From assembly GCA_041690395.1 (NCBI GenBank), contig JAWLHJ010000001.1, forward strand, positions 640,001 through 704,000: 64,000 bases of DNA, read 5' to 3'. This DNA comes from Longimicrobiales bacterium (GTDB taxonomy: Bacteria; Gemmatimonadota; Gemmatimonadetes; Longimicrobiales; Gaopeijiaceae). The stretch's first letter is position 1; the number at the start of each line of letters is the position of its first letter. The notes under the pieces were generated by a model that was not told where the DNA came from, did no database searches, and worked only from the letters and a program-made list of their open reading frames with translations. A program made the position numbers and the translations under genes. Positions 44,831-54,726 of the stretch are shown here, one piece after another.

Positions 44831-46528
44831 TCAGAAGGCCTCGCGGAAGGCGGCGAGCTGCTCCTCGGATCCGATCGTCAGCAGCGTGGCTCCCGGCGTC
44901 AGCGTGGTGGAGGCCTGTGGGTCGGTCAGCAGCCGCCCTTCGATCTCGATGCCGATGACGGTAAGGCCGGTGCGTGCGCCGATGCCGCTCTCGCGAAGGG
45001 TGAGCCCCTCGAGCGACTTCGGGCAGGGGAGGTCGTGGAACCCGATCCCCTGGCCCAGGAGCACGGTGGGCCGGTCGTGGAGGAGGCTGAACAGGGATTC
45101 GACGCCGAGGGTGCTGTAGCTCAAGGTGAGGTCGGCGCCCGCCCGCTGGATGGACGGGAGATTCCGGTCATGGGTGATACGGCTGACGATCTGCGCTTCC
45201 GGGCTGATGCGCCGCGTGTACGAGGCCAGGTAGATGTTCGCCTCGTCCCGGTTCGTGGTGAGCAGCACGGACGGCGCGTTCTCGATGCCGACCTCCCGCA
45301 TGACGTCGCGGTCCGCGGCGTCGCCGATCACGAGACGGTCCGGCAGGTCTCCGATCTTGTGCGCGAGGTCCGGATTGCGCTCGACCATGTGTACCGGCAC
45401 GCCACGCTGCTTGAGCGCCCGGGCGGCGGCCCGGCCGACCTTGCCTCCACCCAGGATGATGACGGGGTTCCAGTTCGTGTCGTAGATGAACAGGTACTCG
45501 TTCAGACGATCGATCGCCTCCTGCGAGCCCGCGACGACCGGCAGCTCCAGATCCCGGAGCTCGAGGTCCGGCTTGGCGGCAAGGATGCGGCTCCTGTCCC
45601 AGACGCCGAGAACGCTCACGCCCGCGATCTCACGCAGGCGGCTCTCGGCGATCGTCTTGCCGACGAGCGGCGTGCCGTGCACCGAGAACTCGGCGATCAG
45701 CAGATCCCTGTAGCGGCCGATGACGTGCGCCTGGGCGTGACCGCCGTTGACGCGGTTGGCGAGCTGCTCGCCGAGGATCCGCTTCAGCGGGAGGACGTGG
45801 GTGCAGCCGCCGAGCTCGAGGATGTCGACCGAGTGCTCCTGCTCCGCGAATGCGACGATCTGGACGTCGGGCGAGACGTCGCGGATGGTGAGCGCCACGT
45901 TCGTGTTCATGAGGTCGTCGCGATTGAGCACGACCATGCGGGCCTTCTCCACCCGCAGCCGCTCGTAGGTTCGGATGGCGTCGACGGTCCCGCGGACCAC
46001 GGAGATGCCGTCGGAGTGCAGAGACGTGGCCGTGGCTCCGTCCTCGACCAGGACGAAGTAGGGGATGCCCTCACCCTCGAGCCGAGACGTCATGTCCTGG
46101 GCGACGCTGTCCCAGTGGATGAAGATGACGTGGCCCTCGGTTCCGGCCGGCAGCTCGTCGGGCACCCGGTGACGAAGCTGAGCCTCGAGCCACGGTGCGT
46201 AGAAATAGCGGATGAAGGCGAACGGCAGGACGATCAGGAGGAGGATGATGCCCGACACGAGCACGATCACGCTGAAGACCCGGCCGACGTCCGACGTGAA
46301 CGTGATGTCTCCGAAGCCGAGCGTGCTCATGACGGTCAACGTCCAGTACACGCCCGTCACCCACGAGTGGTCCACGCCCTCGATCTGGACCATGATCACG
46401 TGGAACAGCACCGAGTAGACGGCGATGACGGCCACGAGGAAGACCGCATACTTCACCAGGGCCCCGACGTTCTTGCGAAGGTCCTCGTCGCCGAGCGCGT
46501 AACCGAGATGGCCACTGAGGAACTTCAA
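44831..46528 (-). CDS. Potassium channel with tandem RCK (TrkA-N/TrkA-C) domains
   Basis: YWTLTVMSTLGFGDITF pore/selectivity filter, two RCK sets (second with GGGKVG); TTG start. Confidence 0.92.
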   Translation of the reverse strand: MKFLSGHLGYALGDEDLRKNVGALVKYAVFLVAVIAVYSVLFHVIMVQIEGVDHSWVTGVYWTLTVMSTLGFGDITFTSDVGRVFSVIVLVSGIILLLIVLPFAFIRYFYAPWLEAQLRHRVPDELPAGTEGHVIFIHWDSVAQDMTSRLEGEGIPYFVLVEDGATATSLHSDGISVVRGTVDAIRTYERLRVEKARMVVLNRDDLMNTNVALTIRDVSPDVQIVAFAEQEHSVDILELGGCTHVLPLKRILGEQLANRVNGGHAQAHVIGRYRDLLIAEFSVHGTPLVGKTIAESRLREIAGVSVLGVWDRSRILAAKPDLELRDLELPVVAGSQEAIDRLNEYLFIYDTNWNPVIILGGGKVGRAAARALKQRGVPVHMVERNPDLAHKIGDLPDRLVIGDAADRDVMREVGIENAPSVLLTTNRDEANIYLASYTRRISPEAQIVSRITHDRNLPSIQRAGADLTLSYSTLGVESLFSLLHDRPTVLLGQGIGFHDLPCPKSLEGLTLRESGIGARTGLTVIGIEIEGRLLTDPQASTTLTPGATLLTIGSEEQLAAFREAF

Positions 46529-46705
46529 GGAGCGCGCTCCGGTGGTTGGCGGATGGGGCGGACGGGACGACCGGGCCGCGGGACCCGCCGGACGGTAGAT
46601 ATGGCCACGCCGGGGGGCAAGCGCTTACACTCGGGGCCGGAAGCGCGCCGCGCCATCCGCATGGCCCGCGACCCCACGATGCCCATCCGATCTCCGGAGT
46701 CCTAC

Positions 46706-48049
46706 ATGAAGCGTTCATCTCGCCCCTGGTCCCGATCGACCGTTCTGTTGGCTCTGGCCGGAACGACACTGCTGGCCGCGGCGTGTGGCGGAGGCGAGTC
46801 CGGCGCTCCCGAGACGGAGACCGAGGCCCAGCTCGTCGAGCGCGCCCGGGGCATCCATGAGCGGGTGATCACGCTCGACACGCATGCCGACATCAACGCG
46901 GCGAACTTCACGGCCGAGCGCAACTACACGATGGACCTCCCGACCCAGGTGACGCTCCCGAAGATGGAGTCCGGAGGCCTCGACGCCGCTTTCTTCATCG
47001 TCTACGTGGGGCAGGGACCGCTGACGCCCGAGGGATATGCGGACGCGCACGCGGCCGCCGTCGAGAAGTTCGAGGCGATCCACCGCCTGACGGAAGAGAT
47101 CGCGCCGGATCGGATCGGCCTGGCGCTGACCTCCGACGACGTGCGGAGGATCGACGGCGAGGGGCGGAAGGTCGCGCTCATCGGCATCGAGAACGCCTAC
47201 CAGGTTGGTACGGACCTGGGCAATATCGCCGACTTCCACGCCCGGGGCGGGCGGTACATGTCGCTCGCGCACAACGGACACAGCCAGTTCTCGGACTCGA
47301 ACACGGGCGAGGGCTCCGGGGACTTTCTCCACGGAGGGCTGAGCGAGCTCGGTCTGCAGGCGGTCGACGAGATGAACCGGCTCGGGATCATGATCGACAT
47401 CTCGCATCCATCGAAGCCGTCGATCATGCAGACGCTCGAGCGGTCGCGGGCGCCGGTGATCGCGTCGCACTCCTCCGCTCGGGCCCTCAACGACGTCAGC
47501 CGGAACCTCGACGACGAGCAGCTCCTCGCGGTGCGTGACAACGGCGGCGTCGTGCAGACCGTCGCGTTCCGGAGCTATCTGGATTCCGAGAAGCACGCTG
47601 CGTACCAGGCGGCGGTCGATGCGCTGCACCAGGACATCGCGTCGGAGATGGGCTTCGAGCTCCTGGGACGCGGCGCCGTCTTCCAGCTCCCGGAGGCGGA
47701 GCGGGAGGCGTACATGGCGCGCATGGAGGAGCTGGAGGCCCTGGCCGAGCCGCGTATGGCGGCGGAAGTCCACGCGGTCGCGCCGCCGGTGGACGTCGCC
47801 GACTTCGTGGACCACATCGACTACATGGTGGATCTCATCGGGATCGAGCACGTGGGCATCAGCTCCGACTTCGACGGAGGGGGCGGCGTCGAGGGATGGT
47901 CCGACGCGTCCGAGACGTTCAACGTCACCCTGGAGCTGGTCCGACGCGGCTACGACGAGCGGGAGATCGGGATGCTGTGGAGCGGGAACCTGCTCCGGGT
48001 CCTGGACGAGGTGCAGGCCGTGGCCGCAGAGGTCCAGGCCGGGGGGTGA
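46706..48049 (+). CDS. M19 membrane dipeptidase, lipoprotein
   Basis: LAAA-C lipobox; TLDTHAD, IGIEN, MSLAHN, IDISH, IASHS, DHIDY...GISSDFDGGGG, SGNLLRV. Start ATG 46706. Confidence 0.92.
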   Translation: MKRSSRPWSRSTVLLALAGTTLLAAACGGGESGAPETETEAQLVERARGIHERVITLDTHADINAANFTAERNYTMDLPTQVTLPKMESGGLDAAFFIVYVGQGPLTPEGYADAHAAAVEKFEAIHRLTEEIAPDRIGLALTSDDVRRIDGEGRKVALIGIENAYQVGTDLGNIADFHARGGRYMSLAHNGHSQFSDSNTGEGSGDFLHGGLSELGLQAVDEMNRLGIMIDISHPSKPSIMQTLERSRAPVIASHSSARALNDVSRNLDDEQLLAVRDNGGVVQTVAFRSYLDSEKHAAYQAAVDALHQDIASEMGFELLGRGAVFQLPEAEREAYMARMEELEALAEPRMAAEVHAVAPPVDVADFVDHIDYMVDLIGIEHVGISSDFDGGGGVEGWSDASETFNVTLELVRRGYDEREIGMLWSGNLLRVLDEVQAVAAEVQAGG

Positions 48050-48852
48050 GTCAGGAACCCCACGACGTCTGGGCCCGTGAGTACGACCTCGTCCTCGAGC
48101 GCACGTTCGGGCCGGCGTACGCCGCGTTCACGGAGCTGACGCTCGAGATCATCGAGGAGCGGGTCCCACCGCCCGCGCGTGTGGTCGATTTCGGGGCGGG
48201 GACGGGGCGACTGGCGCTCCCGCTGGCGAACGCCGGGTACCGGGTCACCGCGGTGGACCCGTCCCGCCCCATGCTGGCCCGCCTCGGGGAGAAGGAAGGC
48301 CTCGCGGACGAAGAGCGCTATCTCGCCAACAAGCGAGGTCCCGAGGATGGCGGGCGGGGCTGCACGGCCGTGCCCGCATGTCCCGTGCGGCGCGTCGTGT
48401 CACGCCTCGAGGCGTACCGTGGGCGGGAGGACCACGACCTCGCGCTGTGCGTGTTCAGCGTGATCGGGTATCTGCTCGACGAGGAAGCGCTCGAGGCCGC
48501 GTGCCGCGTGATGGCGTCGTCGGTCAGGGAAGGGGGACGGCTCCTGATCGACATCCCGGGACCGGACGTCTTCGAGGGGTTCGAGGTCGAGACGGACGAC
48601 GTGCTCCGGTACGTGGACATGGAGCGGGTGGAGGCGCAGGGTCCCGGCGAGGTCTATGCGTATCGGGAGCGGACGGCCGTGCGCTCCCGTGGACGCGAGC
48701 GACGCTTCGAGGACGCGTTTCGCGTGCGTCGATGGCCGAGGGACGCGGTGGAGGCGGCGCTGACGCGTGCCGGTTTCATGCTCGAGGAAGACCTGTCGGG
48801 CCGGTTCGCGGATTGGGGTGCGGGGTACCTGCTGCTTCGACGCGCGGGCTGA
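48046..48852 (+). CDS. Class I SAM-dependent methyltransferase
   Basis: GTGA overlap; VVDFGAGTGRL, VTAVDPS..ML, DLALC, GGRLLID. Confidence 0.85.
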   Translation: MSQEPHDVWAREYDLVLERTFGPAYAAFTELTLEIIEERVPPPARVVDFGAGTGRLALPLANAGYRVTAVDPSRPMLARLGEKEGLADEERYLANKRGPEDGGRGCTAVPACPVRRVVSRLEAYRGREDHDLALCVFSVIGYLLDEEALEAACRVMASSVREGGRLLIDIPGPDVFEGFEVETDDVLRYVDMERVEAQGPGEVYAYRERTAVRSRGRERRFEDAFRVRRWPRDAVEAALTRAGFMLEEDLSGRFADWGAGYLLLRRAG

Positions 48853-48901
48853 CCTCGCGCGCTGAGCGGGACCCGCGAGAGCACCGGTGGCGGACGAAGC
48901 G

Positions 48902-48935
48902 AAAAGGGGCGGCCGGACCGGGTCCGGCCGCCCCT
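48902..48935 (-). terminator. Intrinsic terminator of the yceI gene
   Basis: aggggcggccggacc/ggtccggccgcccct perfect stem preceded by aaaa (U-tract on -). Confidence 0.8.
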
Positions 48936-48983
48936 CACCTGCTGCCCACGCGTCCGCCTCCGAAGGCCGCGCGTGGGGTCACG

Positions 48984-49544
48984 TCAGGCCTCGACGCCGG
49001 CTTCCTGCTCCTGCACCGCCTGGACCTGGAGCTCGATCTTCACGTCGTGGCCGACCAGCACGCCACCCGTCTCGAGGGCCTGGTTCCATGTGAGCTCGAA
49101 GTCACGCCGGTCGATCTTCGTGCTGGCGCTGAAGCCGGCGCGCGTACCGCCCCACGGGTCGGTGCCGGTGCCCTCGAAGCGTGCGTCCAGGGTGACCTCC
49201 TTCGTCACGCCGCGAATCGTGAGGTCGCCGACGATCTCGAAGTCCGCGCCCGGCTCGACGACCAGGCCCCGGATTTCCTTGCTCCGGAAGGTGAGCTTCG
49301 GATAGCTCTCGACGTCGAGGAAGTCGCCCGAGCGGAGATGCACGTCCCGGTCCTCGACCTGGGTGTCGATGGAGGCCGCGTCGATGTCGACGCGCACGGA
49401 CGATGCGTTCGGGTCGTCCTGGTCGAGCTCCACGGTGCCCTCGACCGCGGAGAAGCGCCCCCGGACGGTCGTGAACATCATGTGCTTGACGGCAAACTCA
49501 ACCTGGGTGTGGGTCGGATCCAGCGTCCAAACGGTCCGGCTCAT
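48984..49544 (-). CDS. YceI family lipid/polyisoprenoid-binding protein
   Basis: WTLDPTHTQVEFAVKHM, SIDT...RDVHLRS.DFLD, GDLTIRGVTKEV, DPWGGTRAGF, IDRRDF. Confidence 0.95.
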   Translation of the reverse strand: MSRTVWTLDPTHTQVEFAVKHMMFTTVRGRFSAVEGTVELDQDDPNASSVRVDIDAASIDTQVEDRDVHLRSGDFLDVESYPKLTFRSKEIRGLVVEPGADFEIVGDLTIRGVTKEVTLDARFEGTGTDPWGGTRAGFSASTKIDRRDFELTWNQALETGGVLVGHDVKIELQVQAVQEQEAGVEA

Positions 49545-49688
49545 GTCGATCTCTCCTCTGTCCCGCTCGTGAAAGCGATGGGGACAAGTGGTGCAGGGTT
49601 CGATAGATGAAGTTTAAAGTAACGACTCTGCTCACCACGTCAACCCGTGAGCGTCCGAGGCCGTGTCATGCGAGCGGACTCAGCCGGG

Positions 49689-51833
49689 TCAGCTCGCAGC
49701 AGGCCGATCGACCGGAAGCCAGATCCGGAAGCGGCTGCCGCGGTCCACGTCGCTCTCGACCTCGATCCGGCCTCCGATCTGCCGGACGATACCGTACACC
49801 GTGGCCAGCCCGAGGCCGGTGCCCCGACCCTCTCCCTTCGTGGTGAAGAACGGCTCGAAGATTCGTCCCTTCGTGGCCGTATCCATCCCCGTCCCGTCGT
49901 CCTCCACGGTGAGGAGTACGGCCGGGTCGGCTCCGTTCCCGCCGCCCAGCGAAGCGCTCGAGAGGGCCGTCGTGATCTGGATCGAGCCGCCGCCCGGAAG
50001 GGCGTCCCGGGCGTTCAGCACCAGGTTCATGACGACCTGCTCCAACCGGCTCGGGTCCGCGTGGATGGGTGGCAGGTCGGGTTCGAGCGACGTCTCCAGC
50101 ACGATGTCCGCGCCGATCAGACGTCGCAGCATGGCGTCCAGGTCCGAGACCAGCGCGTTCACGTCGACGTCCTGCGTCTCGGTGGTGTCGGAGCGGCTGA
50201 AGGCCAGAAGCTGTCGGGTGAGTGCCGCCGCCCGGTCCCCCGCTTCCTTGATCTGCTCGAGGTCCGGACGCACGGGGCTGAGGCCCGGGAGCCCCTCGTC
50301 GATCAGCTCGGCGTTGGCCGTGATCACGGTCAGGAGATTGTTGAAGTCGTGCGCGATGCCGCCGGCCAGACGCCCGATCGCCTCCATCTTCTGGGTCTGG
50401 TGCAGCTCCCGGTCCCGGCGGAGCTCCTCGGTCACGTCGTCGACGATCATCTCGAGCGCCTCCGAGCCGTCTTCGGTTCGGACGCGCTTCCCGTCGATGC
50501 GTACCACGATCGTCTGGCCGTCGGCGCGCTTCCATTCCGCGATGAAGCCCTCGATGGAGCCCTCCGCGAGGCAGGTCGCGAGCATGATGTCGTGCTGGTC
50601 CGGATCGCGGAACCGGTCGATGATCGGCGCGTCGCGGATCGCGCGGATCTCGGTGTACCCGAGCATGGCCGCCAGCGCCGGATTCGCCTCCAGGATCCAC
50701 CCTTCCGGAGTCGAGACGAAGATGCCGAAGACGGCCTCGTTGAAGATCGAAGCGTACCGCTCGAGCGCCCGGCGCTCCGCCGCTTCCGCGGCCTGGCGCT
50801 CGACGAGCGTGCGGTTGAACTGCTCGACGACGGCGCTGACCTCGGTGGGCGTGCCGGCGGGCAGGGGCACGAGACGACCGTGGCTCACCTCCCGCGTGCG
50901 CTCGACCAGACGGGAGAACGATCGGGCGATCTGACGGTACGAGAGCGTCGCGACCAGGATGCCCAGGAGGAGGAAGACCGCCGTGACTCCCACCCGGCGA
51001 AGCGCCTGCCTGAGTGCCGGACCGTTGACGGTGGCTTCCGGAACGCCGACGTAGATCTCCCAGTCGAGTCCCTCGACCGGCGCGATGCCCCAAGCTCGTT
51101 GGATGTTCTCCGCGTCGGGACCGGACACGACCCAGCCCCCCGAGCCTATCACGCGCTCCTCGTTCTCGGGTGTAGGCAGGAACTGGCCGGCCCACGCCGC
51201 GGCGTCGGAGGAGCGCGTGATCACCTGGAGGTCCGTGGTCGCGATGGTGATCAGGTGTCCCTCCTCCAGCACCACCCCACGGGCGAGGCTCTGGAACTCG
51301 GAGAGCGGGATGAGGCCGACGAGGGCCGCCAGCTCTTCACCGGCAACGACCTCCACCGGGACGGCGATCGGCAGCACCCAGGAGCCGAGCAGGAGGTCGT
51401 GGGCCGGCTGACCCACCCTGAACGACGCTGCCGACTCGGCAGGCGGCCAACCGTCGTCCATGAGGCTCGACAGGTCGGGAGGGGGCGACGCAGCGCATTG
51501 GAGTGTCCCGTCGGGTGCGAGGAGCGCCGTGTTCACGAAGTACGGCAGGACCTCCGTGAGCGTACGGACGACGTTCTCGCAGCCGCCCGGCTCCTCGAAG
51601 CGATAGGGTCGCTCGCGTGACACGCCCTCGAGGAGCTCACCCGTGGTGACGAGGAACTGCTCCACGCTCAGGCTCACCCGCTCCGCGACCGCGAGCGCCT
51701 CCATCTGCGCTCGCTCCGTGGCGTCGCGGTACGCCTGGAACCCCCACCATGCCTCCAACACGATCGCGGGGACCGCGAGCGCGAGGACGAGCACGACCAG
51801 GTGGCCGCGAAGGGATTGGGGGCGGACGGGCAT
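49689..51833 (-). CDS. Cache-PAS sensor histidine kinase (CckA-like core, no receiver)
   Basis: 2 TM with Cache-like periplasmic region, PAS (ANPALAAMLGY), QKMEAIGRLAGGIAHDFNNLL, NLVLNARDA, FEPFFTTK, GTGLGL. Confidence 0.92.
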   Translation of the reverse strand: MPVRPQSLRGHLVVLVLALAVPAIVLEAWWGFQAYRDATERAQMEALAVAERVSLSVEQFLVTTGELLEGVSRERPYRFEEPGGCENVVRTLTEVLPYFVNTALLAPDGTLQCAASPPPDLSSLMDDGWPPAESAASFRVGQPAHDLLLGSWVLPIAVPVEVVAGEELAALVGLIPLSEFQSLARGVVLEEGHLITIATTDLQVITRSSDAAAWAGQFLPTPENEERVIGSGGWVVSGPDAENIQRAWGIAPVEGLDWEIYVGVPEATVNGPALRQALRRVGVTAVFLLLGILVATLSYRQIARSFSRLVERTREVSHGRLVPLPAGTPTEVSAVVEQFNRTLVERQAAEAAERRALERYASIFNEAVFGIFVSTPEGWILEANPALAAMLGYTEIRAIRDAPIIDRFRDPDQHDIMLATCLAEGSIEGFIAEWKRADGQTIVVRIDGKRVRTEDGSEALEMIVDDVTEELRRDRELHQTQKMEAIGRLAGGIAHDFNNLLTVITANAELIDEGLPGLSPVRPDLEQIKEAGDRAAALTRQLLAFSRSDTTETQDVDVNALVSDLDAMLRRLIGADIVLETSLEPDLPPIHADPSRLEQVVMNLVLNARDALPGGGSIQITTALSSASLGGGNGADPAVLLTVEDDGTGMDTATKGRIFEPFFTTKGEGRGTGLGLATVYGIVRQIGGRIEVESDVDRGSRFRIWLPVDRPAAS

Positions 51834-51942
51834 CCGGAATGGCGGGGTGCGGGTCGGGGCCGACGGTCACCCCCAATCTACCTCTACCCGGACCCACGAG
51901 CCACGCGCTGAGGCGCGTCCCGCCCGGTGGGAGAAGCTCGGG

Positions 51943-52752
51943 TCAGCCCCCGCGCGGCGGCGTGGTGGCGGGCGGCGGTCCCCCTCCGGGCCGGTCTCCG
52001 AGGTCGGGCCGCCCTGGCCGCGCGCCACCGGCGGGTCCCACGGGAACCGGGATGCCCGATGGCGGCCCGGCCGGTCCCGCGCCGCCGGAGGAGAACGGTC
52101 CGGCCGGCGGATCGAAGGGGGGGGCGCCGCGAGGACCGCCACCTGCCGCCGGGGGGAGGTCCGCCAGAAAGCCCGCGTCGTCCGCTCTGGCGGCGAGGCG
52201 GTCGAGCACCGTGCCGAGCGCCTGATCCGCGGGCAGTCCGCGCTGCGCGAGCCCGCCGAGCACGAGAAGCGGCACCTCCAGGGCGCGTCCCGCGGGGCGG
52301 GACCGGGCCAGAGCCGAGACCGCCTCGGCGTCGGCGCCCATGCGCATGGCCAGCCCGGCCGCTTCGATCTCGGCCGGGGTCGACGTGCCGCCGGCGCCGG
52401 TGAGCGCTTCCCGAGCGCGCTCGAGCATCCCGAGCTGGAGGTCCAGCGCCCGCACCACCTCCTCCGCGCTGCGGCCCTTCGCCACACCCTGCAGCGCGAG
52501 GTCGGCGAGCGGACGGGCCGGGAGCGCCCGCCCCTCGGCGGTGGCGATACGCTCCAGGACCACGGCTTCGACGTCCGCCGGAAGGCGTCCGGCGAGCCTG
52601 GCGGCCTGGTCGCCGGCCTGCGCAGCGAGGGGAAGGCCCGTGATGGCCATGATCGCGACAGCCACGATCGGCGCGAAGGCAGTTCGCGCGGCGCGCGGCA
52701 CGAGCGTCGTGTGCCGGTGGGTCGGGCGGTGTATGTCGATGCCGTGCATCAT
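51943..52752 (-). CDS. Secreted helical hypothetical protein with Pro/Gly tail (paralog of 54011-54724)
   Basis: GAGG RBS, signal peptide ending LAAQ; LPARPLADLALQGVAKGRS, LEVPLLVLGGLAQRGLP. Confidence 0.75.
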   Translation of the reverse strand: MMHGIDIHRPTHRHTTLVPRAARTAFAPIVAVAIMAITGLPLAAQAGDQAARLAGRLPADVEAVVLERIATAEGRALPARPLADLALQGVAKGRSAEEVVRALDLQLGMLERAREALTGAGGTSTPAEIEAAGLAMRMGADAEAVSALARSRPAGRALEVPLLVLGGLAQRGLPADQALGTVLDRLAARADDAGFLADLPPAAGGGPRGAPPFDPPAGPFSSGGAGPAGPPSGIPVPVGPAGGARPGRPDLGDRPGGGPPPATTPPRGG

Positions 52753-52798
52753 GTCGATTCCTCTGGGTCCCTGTGGGACGGTCGCGTCGTGCTCACCC

Positions 52799-52828
52799 TG
52801 AACACTCGGCGGGCGGCCATTCGGTCAC
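52799..52828 (-). promoter_or_regulatory. Putative ECF sigma promoter GTGACC-N15-GAGTGTTCA
   Basis: Intergenic, 46 nt upstream of ATG 52752; same boxes and spacing as 56945-56974. Confidence 0.7.
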
Positions 52829-52875
52829 CGCCGATCGGCGCGCCGTATGCGAACAGCGACGTCCACGGCACGCCG

Positions 52876-54015
52876 TCACGGCTCGTCTCTCACGATCAGG
52901 ATCCCGACCTCCCCGCCGAAGCCGTCGTCCGTGGCCGGAACGCCGTCGGGCACGATCCAGCGCATCCCGTCGACCCGGAGGTTGAAACGATAGATCCCCG
53001 GCTCGAGGCCGGCCGGCAGGATCCAACGGCCGTCGTCGTCCCTCCGCAGGGGCTCCGGCGTCCAGTCGTTCCAGTCTCCCGCGACCTCGACCGATCGCGC
53101 TCCCTGGACGCGAAATCCGATGGAGCCGGCCGCGGCACGCTCGCTGCTGAAGAATAGGGGCGCGCGTGTCGACGGGTCGGGTAGGGGGCGGATGCGCCGG
53201 CTCGTGAGCCGGAATCCGATGCCGACGAAGCTGCCACCCGGCAGGCCTTGCAGCACGTCGGGGCCGTACCGCCCGCCGGATACGACGAGCGCCGCGGTCG
53301 GAAGGATCCACACGGCCGCGGTCGCGCCCGCCCATGCCTCCTCGTCGATCCCGGCGTTCCCCGAAGCCGCCCGCCATCCGGCGAACGCGGTCAGGTCGAC
53401 GCGCTCGGAAGACACCGACAGGCTCGACGACAGCTCGTGGAACCGCTGCCCGAAGACGCTCGGAGCCTGGTACCCGACCGTCGCGCGGGCCGCTCGATGG
53501 CGCGCCCAGGCGCCTACGCCCGTTACGACCCCGCTCGTCCCGCCGGAGTCGGCGGCGCTCTCCGACCGGGTCGCGCCGAGGCCGACCCAGCCACCGACGG
53601 TGCCGGCGATCCAGTGCGCCCTGACGTCACCCCGGGCCAGGTAGGTGTCGAAGCCGCTCGAGTGTCGGGAGGCGTTCCCTGCGCCGGCGAGCTCGAAGTG
53701 CAGCGGCGTACCCTCGAACGGCGCCAGCCAGGCGCTCAGGTCTCCTCCGACCTGGACCGTCCAGCCCGCGTCCTGGAAACCCGTGACGCCGGCCGACAAG
53801 CGGCCGAGCACATCGGAGCCCCGCCACTCGAGGAGGCCGGAGAGGGACGGGGAGTTGAGCGCCTGCAAGCTGTCGTAACGCACCCGGCTCGCACTGGCGT
53901 TGGCTTCCCAACGGGGCGACTGTGCGTGGATCGCACCGCTTCCGAGGGTGCAGGCGGTCGCGAGCAGGAAGAGGGCGCGGCGCGTGGTGGGGCCGCCGAG
54001 GACGATCCGGCTAAT
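52876..54015 (-). CDS. Putative outer-membrane beta-barrel with C-terminal CBM48/AMPK-type glycogen-binding domain
   Basis: Amphipathic beta strands ending GSFVGIGFRL, then ARSVEVAGDWNDW...GRW...LEPGIYRF...VDG..W..P...DDGFGG. Signal peptide lies upstream of GTG 53883; ATT 54015 with GGAGG RBS proposed as start. Confidence 0.78.
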   Translation of the reverse strand: MSRIVLGGPTTRRALFLLATACTLGSGAIHAQSPRWEANASASRVRYDSLQALNSPSLSGLLEWRGSDVLGRLSAGVTGFQDAGWTVQVGGDLSAWLAPFEGTPLHFELAGAGNASRHSSGFDTYLARGDVRAHWIAGTVGGWVGLGATRSESAADSGGTSGVVTGVGAWARHRAARATVGYQAPSVFGQRFHELSSSLSVSSERVDLTAFAGWRAASGNAGIDEEAWAGATAAVWILPTAALVVSGGRYGPDVLQGLPGGSFVGIGFRLTSRRIRPLPDPSTRAPLFFSSERAAAGSIGFRVQGARSVEVAGDWNDWTPEPLRRDDDGRWILPAGLEPGIYRFNLRVDGMRWIVPDGVPATDDGFGGEVGILIVRDEP

Positions 54016-54724
54016 CGTCGGCCCCTCCCGGCGGGCCGCGCCCGGGCGGGGGGCCGCGGCCTTCGGGGGGACCCGGGATGTTCAGGTCCCGGAGCGCGCG
54101 CTCGAGCGCTTCGGGCGGTCCCACTCCCGGCCGGGCCGCGCCGTCGAAGCGTCCCGGGATCTGCGCCGCGCGGTCGAGAGGTACTCCGGCGTCCAGGACA
54201 TGACGCATGAGCGCCGACGCCCCGGCGGCGGGGACCCCCCGGCGTACGAGCTCGGCGAGCACGGTGACCGGGATCTCGAGGGACTGCCCGACCGGGCGGG
54301 CGTTCCACAGCTCGACCAGCGCGTCGTCCGGAACGCCCTGCTGGCGGGCGAGCGCGGCGGCGGTCAGCTCTTCACCACCGATGGCGACGGCGGGGAGTCG
54401 AGCGCGTAAGGTGGAGCGGGTCGCCCGCAGGTCGTCCGAGAGCCGTCCGACCACCTGGGCGATCATCCCCGCCGGACGGTTCTTCGCAGCGCCCTCCAGG
54501 ATTTTCGCCCTCAAGGGGGCCACGGGCAGGGAATCACGGACCGCCGCCTCCAGCACCGGAGTGACCATCGCGAGTGTCTCGGCGTCGACGCGCGCCTGGA
54601 GCATCGCGTCCTGGGCGGCGGCGGCCGTCGGGCCGCCACCGATCACCGCCAGAGCCAGCGCCACGGTGAGGGCGCGCGACACGGATGCGTACCCCGTGGT
54701 CAGCGGCGGACACTCGAGTCTCAC
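54011..54724 (-). CDS. Secreted helical hypothetical protein (paralog of 51943-52752)
   Basis: Signal peptide ending AAAAQ; LPVAPLRAKILEGAAKNRP, LEIPVTVLAELVRRGVP; start uncertain (GTG 54724 or 54682). Confidence 0.75.
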   Translation of the reverse strand: MRLECPPLTTGYASVSRALTVALALAVIGGGPTAAAAQDAMLQARVDAETLAMVTPVLEAAVRDSLPVAPLRAKILEGAAKNRPAGMIAQVVGRLSDDLRATRSTLRARLPAVAIGGEELTAAALARQQGVPDDALVELWNARPVGQSLEIPVTVLAELVRRGVPAAGASALMRHVLDAGVPLDRAAQIPGRFDGAARPGVGPPEALERALRDLNIPGPPEGRGPPPGRGPPGGADD

Positions 54725-54726
54725 GG

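Noticed and set aside
45035..46705. 1004-aa ORF suggesting a long fusion to the dipeptidase
   Set aside because: Upstream part is antisense to the K+ channel; the lipoprotein signal starts at 46706. The same applies to extensions of ORFs at 20465, 39792, 42155 and 61487.
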